Below are positions 40,551 through 50,375 of a DNA stretch of 64,000 nucleotides, piece after piece. The notes under the pieces were generated by a model that saw only the letters and a list, made by a program, of their open reading frames with translations, was not told the origin of the DNA and did not search any database. The position numbers and the translations under genes are program-made. Within the stretch, counting starts at the first letter, position 1. Each line of letters starts with the position of its first letter. The stretch lies in contig CAWEHW010000004.1 in NCBI GenBank assembly GCA_963809045.1, forward strand, positions 331,816 through 395,815. The letters are read 5' to 3'. This DNA comes from an uncultured Chloroflexia bacterium. GTDB taxonomy: Bacteria; Chloroflexota; Limnocylindria; Limnocylindrales; CSP1-4.

Positions 40551-40967
40551 ATGGACGACCTGTACCGCGACTACATCCTCGAGCACTACCGGCGGCCCCA
40601 TAACTTCGGGGTCGTCGAGGATGCCGATGCCTCGTACGAGGGCGCCAACCCGCTGTGTGGCGACCGGATCACCCTGATGGTCGGCGTAAAGGACGGCATC
40701 GTCGATCGCGTCGGGTTCACCGGGCGTGGCTGTGCGATCAGCCAGGCGAGTGCGTCGCTCCTGACCGACGAGATCAAGGGCAAGCCCATCGGCGAGGTCA
40801 GCGCCTTCCGTGCGGACGACCTGCTCGATCTCCTCGGCATCGAGATCAGCCCGGCGCGCCTCAAGTGCGCGATGCTCAGCCACGACAGCCTGCAGCACGT
40901 CCTGGCCGACCTCGGCGTGGCCGATCCGACGAACAAGACCCCAAGCCCTGCGGAGGCCGGCGCGTGA
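40551..40967 (+). CDS. sufU: SUF-system Fe-S cluster scaffold SufU (NifU/IscU-like)
   Basis: Conserved Cys residues in NPLCGDRITL, GRGCAISQAS and LKCAMLSHD. 138 aa. Confidence 0.85.
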   Translation: MDDLYRDYILEHYRRPHNFGVVEDADASYEGANPLCGDRITLMVGVKDGIVDRVGFTGRGCAISQASASLLTDEIKGKPIGEVSAFRADDLLDLLGIEISPARLKCAMLSHDSLQHVLADLGVADPTNKTPSPAEAGA

Positions 40968-41121
40968 GCCCGATCCTCTCCGCCGCCCGGATTGAGCGCC
41001 GCTGCAGGTGTCGTCGGCCGGCCTGAGCCGGCGCGTCGTGCGGATCCGTCCGCAACACCCCTTCACCGCCCTGGCGCCATCAAGGCGGCCAGCCTGTCGA
41101 ACCACCGGAGCCCCTACGCCC

Positions 41122-42348
41122 ATGCCAAAGTCCTACGCCGACCTCCTCCGCGAGGCTCGCGCGCAAATCAAGGAAGTCACGCCACAGGAGGTCGATGCCC
41201 TGCCCCAGGGTGCCGCGACGATCGTCGATGTCCGCGAAGCCTCCGAATGGGACCAGGGCCACCTGCCGGGCGCCCATCATGTCTCGAAGAGCTACGTCGA
41301 GCAGCAGATCGAAGCCGTCGCTCCCGACCGTGACGCACCGGTGATCCTCTACTGCGCCGGCGGTGTGCGGTCCCTGTTCGCCGGACAGACGCTGGCCGAG
41401 ATGGGTTATACGAACGTGGCCTCGATGTCGGGCGGGTTCCAGGCCTGGAAGAGCGCCGGGCTCGGGTTCGAGACGCCCGTCACCCTGAGCCAGGAACAGA
41501 AGCTCCGCTACAGCCGCCACCTGCTGATCCCCGAAGTCGGCGCCGCAGGCCAGGCCAGGCTCCTCGGGTCGAAGGCGCTGCTGATCGGTGCGGGCGGGCT
41601 GGGCTCGCCGGCCTCGCTCTACCTGGCGGCCGCCGGGGTCGGCACGATCGGGATCGTCGACTTCGACGTCGTCGACGTCAGCAACCTCCAGCGCCAGATC
41701 CTCCATACGACCGATCGGGTGGGGGAGCGCAAGACCGAATCCGCGCGGCGCTCGATCAACGCGCTCAACCCGGAGATCAACGTGGTCGCGCACGAGGAGA
41801 TGCTCGTCGCCGGGAACGTCGAGCGAATCATCAAGGGCTACGACGTCATCCTCGACGGCACCGACACGTTCGAGACCCGGTACATCCTCAATGACGCCGC
41901 CGTTGCCGCGGGCATCCCGGTGATCCACGCGAGCGTCTTCCGGTTCGAGGGCCAGCTGACCACCTTCATCCCCTACGAGGGACCGTGCTATCGCTGCCTC
42001 TACCCGACCCCGCCACCACCAGAGCTCGCTCCGGGCTGCTCGGTGGCCGGCGTGCTGGGCGTCGTGCCCGGGATCCTCGGCCTCCTCCAGGCGAACGAAG
42101 CCCTGAAAGTGCTCCTCGGGATCGGCCAGACGCTGGCCGGCCGGCTGTTGCTGTTCGATGCCCTCGAGACCGAGTTCACCGAGCTGAAGCTCCGCCGGGA
42201 TCCGAACTGCCCTGTTTGCTCGACCGAGGCCGTCGCTGCACGCGCCGAAGGGCGCGCGCTGGACCTCGCAAACATCGGTGAGGACGCACCCTTCCTGATG
42301 ACCATGACTGGCGCAGCCGGAAAGGTCTCGCCGGAGGCGCGGGCGTGA
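41122..42348 (+). CDS. moeZ: MoeZ/MoeB-like E1 sulfur-carrier-activating enzyme with an N-terminal rhodanese domain (permuted domain order)
   Basis: The N-terminal rhodanese domain has the active-site loop ILYCAGGVRS. The ThiF/MoeB domain follows with GAGGLGSPASLYLAAAGVG. C-terminal CxxC pairs (CYRC ... CPVC) are present. Confidence 0.8.
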   Translation: MPKSYADLLREARAQIKEVTPQEVDALPQGAATIVDVREASEWDQGHLPGAHHVSKSYVEQQIEAVAPDRDAPVILYCAGGVRSLFAGQTLAEMGYTNVASMSGGFQAWKSAGLGFETPVTLSQEQKLRYSRHLLIPEVGAAGQARLLGSKALLIGAGGLGSPASLYLAAAGVGTIGIVDFDVVDVSNLQRQILHTTDRVGERKTESARRSINALNPEINVVAHEEMLVAGNVERIIKGYDVILDGTDTFETRYILNDAAVAAGIPVIHASVFRFEGQLTTFIPYEGPCYRCLYPTPPPPELAPGCSVAGVLGVVPGILGLLQANEALKVLLGIGQTLAGRLLLFDALETEFTELKLRRDPNCPVCSTEAVAARAEGRALDLANIGEDAPFLMTMTGAAGKVSPEARA

Positions 42349-42617
42349 GCACGGTGTTCATCCCCGCGGTGCTTCGATCGGCGGTGGGCGGCGTCAAGTC
42401 GCTCGAGCTCGAAGGCGACTCGATCCGGGGGGTCGTCGACGCGCTCGTCGCCCGGCATCCGTCGCTCGGGTCGCAGCTCCTGACCGACCAGGGCGACCTC
42501 AACCGGTTCGTCAACGTGTACGTCAACGGGCAGGACGTCCGCTATCTCGCGGGTCTCGACACGCCGGTAGCGCCCGCCGATGAGGTCAGGCTTTTGCCGG
42601 CGATGGCCGGAGGCTGA
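42345..42617 (+). CDS. cysO: Sulfur carrier protein CysO (ThiS/MoaD fold, C-terminal GG)
   Basis: 90 aa ending in ...LLPAMAGG. GTG start overlaps the moeZ stop. Confidence 0.75.
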   Translation: MSTVFIPAVLRSAVGGVKSLELEGDSIRGVVDALVARHPSLGSQLLTDQGDLNRFVNVYVNGQDVRYLAGLDTPVAPADEVRLLPAMAGG

Positions 42618-42622
42618 GGCCC

Positions 42623-43663
42623 ATGTCCGTGCCAGCCCTGCGAGCCATCGAGCCCGACGACGGCGGCGCGGAGCCGCATCCACATCCGCATCTCCACGAT
42701 CACGACGACGCACCCAGGCACGGCGGGCGGTTCGAGAACATCCTCGATGCGATCGGGTACACGCCGCTGGTCGAGATCCCGCGGATGTCGCCGAACCCGC
42801 GCGTGCGCATCTTCGCCAAGCTCGAGATGCTCAACCCCACGGGTTCCGTCAAGGATCGGGTCGCCAAGTACCTGATCGAGGACCTCGAGCAACGCGGTCT
42901 GCTCCACGACGACTCGATCATCCTCGAGCCGACGTCGGGCAACACCGGCATCGCGCTGGCCATGATCGGCCGGCGCAAGGGCTACCGCGTCGCCCTGGTC
43001 ATGCCGGACAACGTGACCAATGAACGGCGACAGATGGCGGCACTGTTCGGCGCCGAGGTGATCGACTCACCCGGCGCGCTGGGCAGCAACGGCGCGATCG
43101 CACTCGCCAAGCACCTCGTCGCGAAGGACGCGCGGTTCGTGATGCCGTACCAGTACGGCAACCAGGCAAACCCGCAGGCGCATTACGAGACGACCGGGCC
43201 CGAGATCCTCGCCGACTGCCCGGAGATCGACGTGTTCGTTGCCGGTCTGGGGACGGCGGGGACGCTGATGGGCGTGTCGCGCTACTTGCGCGAGCACAAG
43301 CCGGGCGTGCGCGTGGTCGCCGCCGAGCCCATGCCCGGAGAGCTGGTCCAGGGACTGCGGTCGCTGGACGAGGGGTTCATCCCGGAGGTCCTCGACCCGT
43401 CGCTGATCGACTCGAAGCTCCTGGTCTCGAACCGCGACGCCATCGCGGCCTTGCGCGACCTGGTGTTCCGTGAGGGGATCTTCGGAGGCCCGTCGTGCGG
43501 CGCGGTGCTCGTGGCCGCCGCGCGGGTCGCCCAGGAGATGGATCGCGGCACGATCGTGGCGCTCCTCCCCGACGGCGGCTGGAAGTACCTGTCGGCCGGC
43601 ACGTTCTCGACCAATCTCGACGAGATGGAAGAGGCGCTCGAGGGTGGCGTCAACTGGTGGTGA
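42623..43663 (+). CDS. cysM: CysO-dependent cysteine synthase CysM (PLP fold type II) with a His-rich N-terminal extension
   Basis: PLP-Lys motif NPTGSVKDR, a Gly-rich loop and a C-terminal tail. The N-terminal 36 aa include HPHPHLHDHDD. Confidence 0.85.
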   Translation: MSVPALRAIEPDDGGAEPHPHPHLHDHDDAPRHGGRFENILDAIGYTPLVEIPRMSPNPRVRIFAKLEMLNPTGSVKDRVAKYLIEDLEQRGLLHDDSIILEPTSGNTGIALAMIGRRKGYRVALVMPDNVTNERRQMAALFGAEVIDSPGALGSNGAIALAKHLVAKDARFVMPYQYGNQANPQAHYETTGPEILADCPEIDVFVAGLGTAGTLMGVSRYLREHKPGVRVVAAEPMPGELVQGLRSLDEGFIPEVLDPSLIDSKLLVSNRDAIAALRDLVFREGIFGGPSCGAVLVAAARVAQEMDRGTIVALLPDGGWKYLSAGTFSTNLDEMEEALEGGVNWW

Positions 43664-43789
43664 TGCTCTGGCTGCGGAGCTCGCCCTGCTGGTGCCCAGT
43701 TGGCGGATGGTGACTTCAGCTGCTGGTGAGTCCGTGCCGCAGCCGTGTCCCGTGCATCCCCAACGCCCAACCCCGGCGGGCTCCCACCC

Positions 43790-44254
43790 GTGAGCGCCTC
43801 CGAGCCAAACCACCAGGGCGCGGGGACCGTCGATCTCCCGCCTGCCATCCGAGCTCAGATCATCGCTCTCGCTCGGGCGGAATACCCCAACGAGATGTGC
43901 GCCCTGATCGTCGGTGACCGGGCGGCAGCGGACGGTGGGCGCGCCACGCGGTTCGAGCCCACCCGGAACAAGGCCGCGTCGCCATACCGATATGAGATCG
44001 ACCCCGAGGATCTGCTTCGGCTGACGATCGCCACCGACGACGCCGACGAAGTGTTCTGGGCGATCGTCCATTCCCATACGCACAGCCCGGCCGTGCCGTC
44101 GCCGACGGATGTCGGCCTCGCGTTCTACCCCGACGCGCTGTACATCCTGGTGTCCCTGTCGGACACGGAGGCCGACCCGGCGACCGGTGATCCGGGTGTT
44201 CGCGCCTGGCGGATCGTCGATGGGCAGGTGTCCGAGGTGGCTGTTTCGTCCTGA
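43790..44254 (+). CDS. mec: JAMM/MPN+ metalloprotease Mec+ (CysO-Cys hydrolase); start uncertain (43745 or 43790)
   Basis: JAMM motif HSHTHSPAVPSPTD, and upstream E in NEMCALIVGD. Confidence 0.75.
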   Translation: MSASEPNHQGAGTVDLPPAIRAQIIALARAEYPNEMCALIVGDRAAADGGRATRFEPTRNKAASPYRYEIDPEDLLRLTIATDDADEVFWAIVHSHTHSPAVPSPTDVGLAFYPDALYILVSLSDTEADPATGDPGVRAWRIVDGQVSEVAVSS

Positions 44255-44318
44255 TCGGGCCCGCCCGGCTGGCCGTGCTACGGACGGCGGGGCCGAGCCA
44301 TGGGACGGCGCGCGAGAC

Positions 44319-45882
44319 CTACGGACAGATCAGGCCGTCCTCGGGGATGGTCAGCTCCAGGAGATAGGCATCGATGGCCTCCTGGACGCACACGCTCTCG
44401 CTGTAGCCGGTGTGGCCTTCGCGCCTCGTTGGTCACGAGGACGCCGGACTCGAGCTGCTTCGCGAGCGCCTGCGACCAGTGATAGGGCGTCGCCGGGTCC
44501 CCGGTCGTGCCGACCACCACGATCGGTGGCGCGCCGGCTGCCTTGACCGCGTGGGGCATGCCCTGCGCGGGAACCGCCCAGAAGGCGCAGATCAGGTCGT
44601 TGTAGGCGACGAACTCGCCAAAGCGCGGCGCCGAATCCTCGAGACCGTCCGCCCAGCCCGTGAACGCCGTGGGATCGGTCGGTGCGGGGAAATCGAGGCA
44701 AATGTTCGCGACGTACGCATCCTGCAGGTTCGAGTAGGAACCGTTCGCCTTTCGGCCGCGGAACGGGTCCGAGATCGCCAGCATCAGCGAGCCGTCGCCC
44801 TGGCTGGCCTGCGCGAGCGCCGTGGCGAGGATCGGCCAGAAGGACTCCGAGTAGAGGGCAGCGAGCACGGCACTCCATGCGAGGCCTGGGCCGATCAGCC
44901 TCGGGTCGCTGAGGCGGAGGGCTCGGATCGGCTTGCGGTCAATCGCCGCCATGAGCGCATCGAACGCCTCCGCGGACTCGCCGCCCTCGTAGAACGGGCA
45001 TGTTGCCCTGGACGAGCAGTCGTCGAGGAAGCGGCTGAGGGCACCCTCGAATGCCTTCGCCTGGTCGGTCCGCAGGGTTTCGAGGTCGATCGACGGGTCG
45101 ATGGCGCCGTCCAGCGCCAGCGCCCTGATTCGGTCGGGGAAGAGCTCCGCATAGCGCGACCCGATGAGCGTCCCGTAGCTGAATCCAAGGTAGGTGAGCT
45201 CGTCGTCGCCGACCGCCGAGCGGAGCAGGTCGAGATCGCGCGCCACCGCATCGGTCGACAGGTACGCCAGCGTGCTGTCGTTCCGCCGAGCGCAGGCTTC
45301 CGCGTACGCCCGGGCCGCGTCGACCAGCTCGGTGAATTCCGCCTCGTCGTCGGGGTTCGGGTCGAGCGCCGCATGGCCGTCGAGGTTGTCGATGCAGCGG
45401 ATCGCGGTGCTGGTGTTCACGCCCCGCGGATCGAACCCGATGATGTCGAACCGTTCGCGCAGGCCGTCCGAAAGGCTCGAGACGCCGTTACGCACGAAGT
45501 CGACTCCGGACGCTCCGGGGCCGCCCGGATTGACCAGCAGCGAACCGATCCGCTCGCCCGGTACCGTTGCCGCCGACCGGATCAGCGAGATGTTCAGGTA
45601 TCCATCGGACGGCGCGGCGTAGTCGCGTGGCACCCGGACCTCGGCGCAGCTGAACCCGGAGCCACAGTCCGTCCAGCGGGCCGGACGTACGGATGGCTCG
45701 GGGATGGGCGTCGGCGTGGCGTCGATCGTGGGCCGCGGGGTGCTCGCGACGGGTGGCACTGTGGCGTCGGCCGTCGTTCCAGCCGGCGTGGCCGATGGAT
45801 CCGGGGCGGCACATGCCCCCAGGAGCACGGCGACCAGCGCCAAGGTCAAGCCTCGGAACAGGCGATCGCTGGTCCCCCACAT
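44319..45882 (-). CDS. Secreted S33-family alpha/beta-hydrolase (tripeptidyl aminopeptidase-like lipoprotein) with an apparent frameshift near 44425
   Basis: Lipoprotein signal LALVAVLLGACAAP, nucleophile elbow GFSYGT. The C-terminal ...LVTNE continues as GEGHTGYSESVCVQEAIDAYLLE in another frame. Confidence 0.7.
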
Positions 45883-45946
45883 GAGCGGCAGGATACCCGG
45901 GGCTCGTCGCCGGTCCGTATGACCCGATGGGACCATCCTCGCCCGG

Positions 45947-46756
45947 CTACGTGCCGGCAGCCGCAAGCGCTTCCACGAGCGACGCCTCGGTCGGCGTAGC
46001 GCCCAGCCCGAGGCGGGCGCCAACCCTGGCCGCCAGCGGCGGCTCGAGGTACGTCGACGCGAGGGTCGGCCAGGCGTCCTCGGCGAAGACCTCGGCAGGA
46101 CTGCCGTCGAGCACCACGCGCCCGGCGCCCATCACCACGACGCGCCGGAACGTCTCCGCGACGAATCGCATGTCGTGGCTGATGGCGATCACGGTGCGGC
46201 CCGCCGCGGCGATCGATTCGATGACGCCCTGGATCCGGGCGACGCCTCGTGCGTCCTGGCCGGTCGTTGGTTCATCGAGCACCACGACGGGCGTGTCCAT
46301 CGCCAACACCGATGCGAGCGTCAGCAGCTTGCGCCGCGAGAACCCGAGGTCGTACGGGTTCGCGTCGGCAAACGCCTCGAGCCCGACGGCGGCGAGAGCC
46401 GCGGTTGCAGCCTCGGCCACCACGGTCGATGCACGCCCGAGGATCCGCGGACCGAATTCCACTTCCGCGCGGACCCTACCGGCAAAGACCTGGCGGTCGG
46501 GGTTCTGGAACACGATGCCCACCGTTGCGGCCAACGACGCGACGCGCATCGCCGCGATGTCGACGCCGTCGTGGAGGACCCGTCCCTCGGATGGCCGGAG
46601 GAGACCGTCCAGCTGCCGGACCAGCGTCGACTTGCCGCTCCCGTTCTGGCCGACGATCGCGACGACCTCGCCGGTGGACACGCTCAGATCGACCTCCGAG
46701 AGGGCTCGTGTCCCATCCGGGTAGACGAAGCCGACCGCCCTCGAGCGCCAGGCGCG
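45947..46756 (-). CDS. ECF transporter ATPase, second half (EcfA'-like); no start codon after the upstream in-frame TGA
   Basis: Frame continues RAWRSRAVGFVYPDGTRALSEVDLSVSTGEVVAIVGQNGSGKST with no ATG/GTG/TTG upstream of Walker A. Signature LGFSRRKLL, Walker B VVLDEP. Confidence 0.65.
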   Translation of the reverse strand, partial: RAWRSRAVGFVYPDGTRALSEVDLSVSTGEVVAIVGQNGSGKSTLVRQLDGLLRPSEGRVLHDGVDIAAMRVASLAATVGIVFQNPDRQVFAGRVRAEVEFGPRILGRASTVVAEAATAALAAVGLEAFADANPYDLGFSRRKLLTLASVLAMDTPVVVLDEPTTGQDARGVARIQGVIESIAAAGRTVIAISHDMRFVAETFRRVVVMGAGRVVLDGSPAEVFAEDAWPTLASTYLEPPLAARVGARLGLGATPTEASLVEALAAAGT

Positions 46757-47560
46757 TCACCGGGTGGCCCCGACCAGGCTCGGATCCAGGCCGCGAGCCG
46801 CGAACATCCGCCCGAGCCGGATGCGCGACGGTGGCTCCACGCCCCATTCCCCGAGGCGGGCGTCGGCGAGCACGTCGTCCGAAGCCCCGTCGAGGGCGAT
46901 CCGTCCACCGTCGAGGACGAGCACGCGGCTGCACAACCCGTCCAGCAGGTCGGTCTTGTGCTCGACGATGAGCATCGCCGTTCCGGTCGACGCGAGCCCA
47001 CGCAGGGCCTCGCCGACCAGGCGAGTCCCTTCCGGGTCGAGCTGCGCCGTGGGTTCGTCCAGGACAAGGTGGCCCGGTCGCATCGCCAGGAGCGACGCGA
47101 TGACCACCAGCTGAGCCTGTCCGCCGGACAACCGCCGTGGCTCCCGTTCGGAGAGGTGTTCGATCCCCAGCATCGACAGTGCCGCGTTCGTACGCTCCAC
47201 CGTCTCGCGCGCCGGCAGACCGAGGTTCATCGGGCCGAGCGCGACCTCCTCGAACACGGAGCCGGTCACGCCCGAGAGCTGGGTGGCAGGGTTCTGGAAC
47301 CCGATCCCGACGCGTGTCGAGAACTCGTGGAGTGGCTTGCCGGCCATGTTCGTGTCGTCGATCGCCAGCGTACCCGTGAGGGCCCCGCCGATTGAACCCG
47401 GCGCGAGCCCCGACGCAACCAGGCAGAGCGTCGACTTGCCCGACTCGTTGGCTCCGACCACGCCCACGATCTCGCCGTCGGCGAGCGTGAGATCCACGTC
47501 GGCGAGGACCGGCGTCGCGTACCCCGCGTAGCGGTAGCCGACGCCAGACAGCTCGAGCAT
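46757..47560 (-). CDS. ECF transporter ATPase, first half (EcfA-like)
   Basis: Walker A GANESGKST, signature LSGGQAQL, Walker B LVLDEP. Ends at the TGA at 46757-46759, after which the same frame continues into a second ATPase domain. Confidence 0.75.
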   Translation of the reverse strand: MLELSGVGYRYAGYATPVLADVDLTLADGEIVGVVGANESGKSTLCLVASGLAPGSIGGALTGTLAIDDTNMAGKPLHEFSTRVGIGFQNPATQLSGVTGSVFEEVALGPMNLGLPARETVERTNAALSMLGIEHLSEREPRRLSGGQAQLVVIASLLAMRPGHLVLDEPTAQLDPEGTRLVGEALRGLASTGTAMLIVEHKTDLLDGLCSRVLVLDGGRIALDGASDDVLADARLGEWGVEPPSRIRLGRMFAARGLDPSLVGATR

Positions 47561-47562
47561 CG

Positions 47563-48372
47563 TCAGATTCGGCCGGTGAGTCGTGCGGCGGCGATCGCCA
47601 CGAGCAAGGCGAGCAGGCCCCAGCGGAGCCAGCGCTGGGCGGGCGAATCGGCCATCGCCCAGAGCAGGTTCCGACGCCCGGGCCGGCTGAAGGCGCGGGA
47701 CTCGAGGGCGAGGCTGCGCTCCTCGACGTCGGTCAGGGCGCTGATGATCACGGGTCCAACGAGGGGCAGGATCCCGCGAAGCCGGGCCCGGAAGCTCCCT
47801 TCGGTGTCGAGACCACGCGCCCGCTGGCTCTCCCCGATGATCGCGGCACGCTCCACCAGGGCCGGTACGGCTTCGATGGTTGCCACGGCGACGAACGCGA
47901 TCCGCGGCGACACGCCCCGCCGCTCCAGATCGAACACGAACGCGCGCGGATCCGTGGTCAGCACGAACAGCCCGATCGACAGCGAGATGGCCACCAGGCG
48001 GACCAGGGTCTGGGCCGCAAAGTCGACGCCCTCGACGGTCGCATCAAACGGCCCGATGACGAAGAGCACGGTCGTGCCGGCCCGGGTGAAGACGCTGACC
48101 AGGACCACCGAGATGGCGATCGGCAGGGTCAGGAGCAGGGAGACCCGGGTCAGCTGACCGAGCACACCGGCACGCGCAGCCAGGAGGACCATGATGACGT
48201 CGACCGCGATCGGTCCGGCATACCCACCCGCCGCGAACGCGCCGATCGAGCCGACGGTTGCGATGATCGCCTTGGTCAGCGGGTTGAGCCGGTGATACGG
48301 GCTCGGGGTCGGCGGCACGAGCCGCCGGATTCGTTCGAGGTCAGCCGGCTCGAGATCGTCGGCGAGGATCAC
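47563..48372 (-). CDS. ECF transporter T component (EcfT)
   Basis: 269-aa polytopic membrane protein with the EcfT-type ARGLD motif region. Adjacent to the ATPase genes. Confidence 0.7.
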   Translation of the reverse strand: MILADDLEPADLERIRRLVPPTPSPYHRLNPLTKAIIATVGSIGAFAAGGYAGPIAVDVIMVLLAARAGVLGQLTRVSLLLTLPIAISVVLVSVFTRAGTTVLFVIGPFDATVEGVDFAAQTLVRLVAISLSIGLFVLTTDPRAFVFDLERRGVSPRIAFVAVATIEAVPALVERAAIIGESQRARGLDTEGSFRARLRGILPLVGPVIISALTDVEERSLALESRAFSRPGRRNLLWAMADSPAQRWLRWGLLALLVAIAAARLTGRI

Positions 48373-48392
48373 CCCCGCCGACGGGGACAGCG

Positions 48393-49238
48393 CTACGCCT
48401 GCTCCAGGCCGACTGCCTTCTCGCCTTGCGGGAAGCGTGCCACGAACCGCCGGGACAACGTCTGGAGGATCAAGAACGCGACGAGGAAGGTGATCGTCTT
48501 GTCAATCGGGTCGGACAGCAGGCCCTGCTGGGTCACCGCGGTGATCAGGTCGGAGCCGGCCTGCTGGAACGCCGCGACCAGCAGATCCGTGCCGGACCCC
48601 GTCACGCCACCGAACACGTAGGCGGCGATCGGTGCGGAGATGAGCGCCGACACCACCCCGCAGATGGCCCCTCCGGCAATGACATAGGCGACGCCCGCAT
48701 CGCGACGGATGAACAACAGTCCGAGGAAGCCCAGGATGGCGCCGATCACGACGATCGCGACCACCCAGCCGAGGATCTGGAACAGGATGCTCTGATCGCC
48801 CTCGGGGTTGAAGAACTCGAAGGCTGCCGTGTAGTAGCGAGTGACCGTGTAGAACGCCAGGGCGCCGATGATCACGAGGGCGATGAGGGCCGCCTGGACG
48901 AGCTGCGGGCCGGAGGAGTTCGGGCGGCTCCGGAACCAGCCGATCTGGGCGACGATGCCGGAGAAGAACCCGATCCACGCCGCGACGATGAAGAATGGAC
49001 CGGCGAAGTCACTGTGGAACGGCGCCGGCAGGACGTACTGCCAGATGAGGTTCGTCAGGACGCCGGTGACGAGGCCGGGGATCGGCCCCGCGAGCACGCC
49101 GACGAGGACGGTACCGATCGAGTCGAGGTAGATCGGCACCTTGAGGACGGCCGCCACCGTCTGGCCGAGCACGATGTTGATGGCGATGGCGATCGGGATC
49201 AGCACGATCGTCCGGGTGTCGAACCGGCCCCAACTCAT
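48393..49238 (-). CDS. ECF transporter substrate-specific (S) component-like membrane protein
   Basis: Small hydrophobic protein with about 6-7 predicted helices (IVLIPIAIAINIVLG...) immediately upstream of EcfT. Confidence 0.55.
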   Translation of the reverse strand: MSWGRFDTRTIVLIPIAIAINIVLGQTVAAVLKVPIYLDSIGTVLVGVLAGPIPGLVTGVLTNLIWQYVLPAPFHSDFAGPFFIVAAWIGFFSGIVAQIGWFRSRPNSSGPQLVQAALIALVIIGALAFYTVTRYYTAAFEFFNPEGDQSILFQILGWVVAIVVIGAILGFLGLLFIRRDAGVAYVIAGGAICGVVSALISAPIAAYVFGGVTGSGTDLLVAAFQQAGSDLITAVTQQGLLSDPIDKTITFLVAFLILQTLSRRFVARFPQGEKAVGLEQA

Positions 49239-49290
49239 CTGACGCCTCCTGTCATCCGGCCGGCGAATGCCGGCCGCTCCCTCTCCACGC

Positions 49291-50368
49291 TTAGCCTGAC
49301 ACGTCCGGGTGGTCCGCCGCCAGCCCTCCGATCCGTTCGACAAGGCGGTTCATGAACTCCGGAATGTCGGCGGTGACGACGACGTCGAGGTTTGGCGGCT
49401 TGCCGGTCAGCTTCCGCCGATCGGCGACGGTCATCCCGGTCGTCAGCTCGCCCCGCGTCTCGACATCGACGAAGATCGGCTCCGTGGTGACGAGACTGCG
49501 ATCCAGCGCGGCCGCGACCGCCAGCGGATCATGGATGAAGGCGCCGTAGAAGCCGTCGTACTGGGCATGGAACTCCATGTAGAAGCGGAGGGCGTCGGCG
49601 ACGTAGCGCACGATCGGGTTGCCGGCCACGGACCGCGTGGCGAGCATCGGGATCCTCGCCGCGGCCAAGCGCGATCGAGTCGTCCGGCGTGCTCCCCGCC
49701 CGCCGCGCGAGGCGGACGACGTCGTCGGGCAGGACGCGCGCCTGTTCGGTGATGTCCAGGCCCAGCGCCATCGGTCGCGGGATCGATGGATCCGCCGCGA
49801 TGGCTGCGCTCCACGCGCGGAAGACGATGGCGGCGGCTTCCGGATCGCAATGGACGTTCCATTCGGTGGTCGGCGTCGTGTTGCCGGACACGCCATACGC
49901 GCCACCCATCAGCACGTAGCCCTTGAGCAACCGCGGGAGCGTCGGGTCACGCATCACGGCCAGGGCAAGGTTCGTGAGCGGTCCCAGGGTGATCAGGGTG
50001 ATCTCGCCCGGCCGGTGGTGGGCTTCCTCGAGGATCAGGTCCACGCCGTGGCGATCGGACATCGCCCGGCTCGGCGGTGGCAGCTCCGCGTGCCCGAGAC
50101 CCTGCGGGCCGTGGGTCTCAGGCGTCGTCTCCAGGGCACGGATGAGGGGGATCTCGCGCCCGAGCGCGACCTCCACGTCAGTCCGTCCCGCCAGCTCGAG
50201 GATCGCCCGCGTGTTGATCGCGACCTGCCGGGCATCGATGTTGCCCGAGACGCAGGTAACGGCCACCAGCTCGACGGCGGGCGAACCCGCCGCGTACAGG
50301 AGCGCGAGACTGTCGTCGATGCCCGTGTCGACGTCGAGGATGACGGCGGTAGGGTCGGTCATGGCCAT
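49291..50368 (-). CDS. Nucleoside hydrolase (IunH/RihA family) with an apparent frameshift near 49650-49700
   Basis: N-terminal DVDTGIDDSLAL (the DxDxxxDD Ca-binding motif). The C-terminal RYVADALRFYMEFHAQYDGFYGAFIHDPLAV lies in a second frame. Confidence 0.75.
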
Positions 50369-50375
50369 CGGGATG

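Noticed and set aside
39801-40967. 388-aa ORF, suggesting a large protein ending with SufU.
   Set aside because: Only the last 138 codons (from ATG 40551) have SufU homology. The upstream part lies inside the divergent promoter region and the opposite-strand 771-aa gene.
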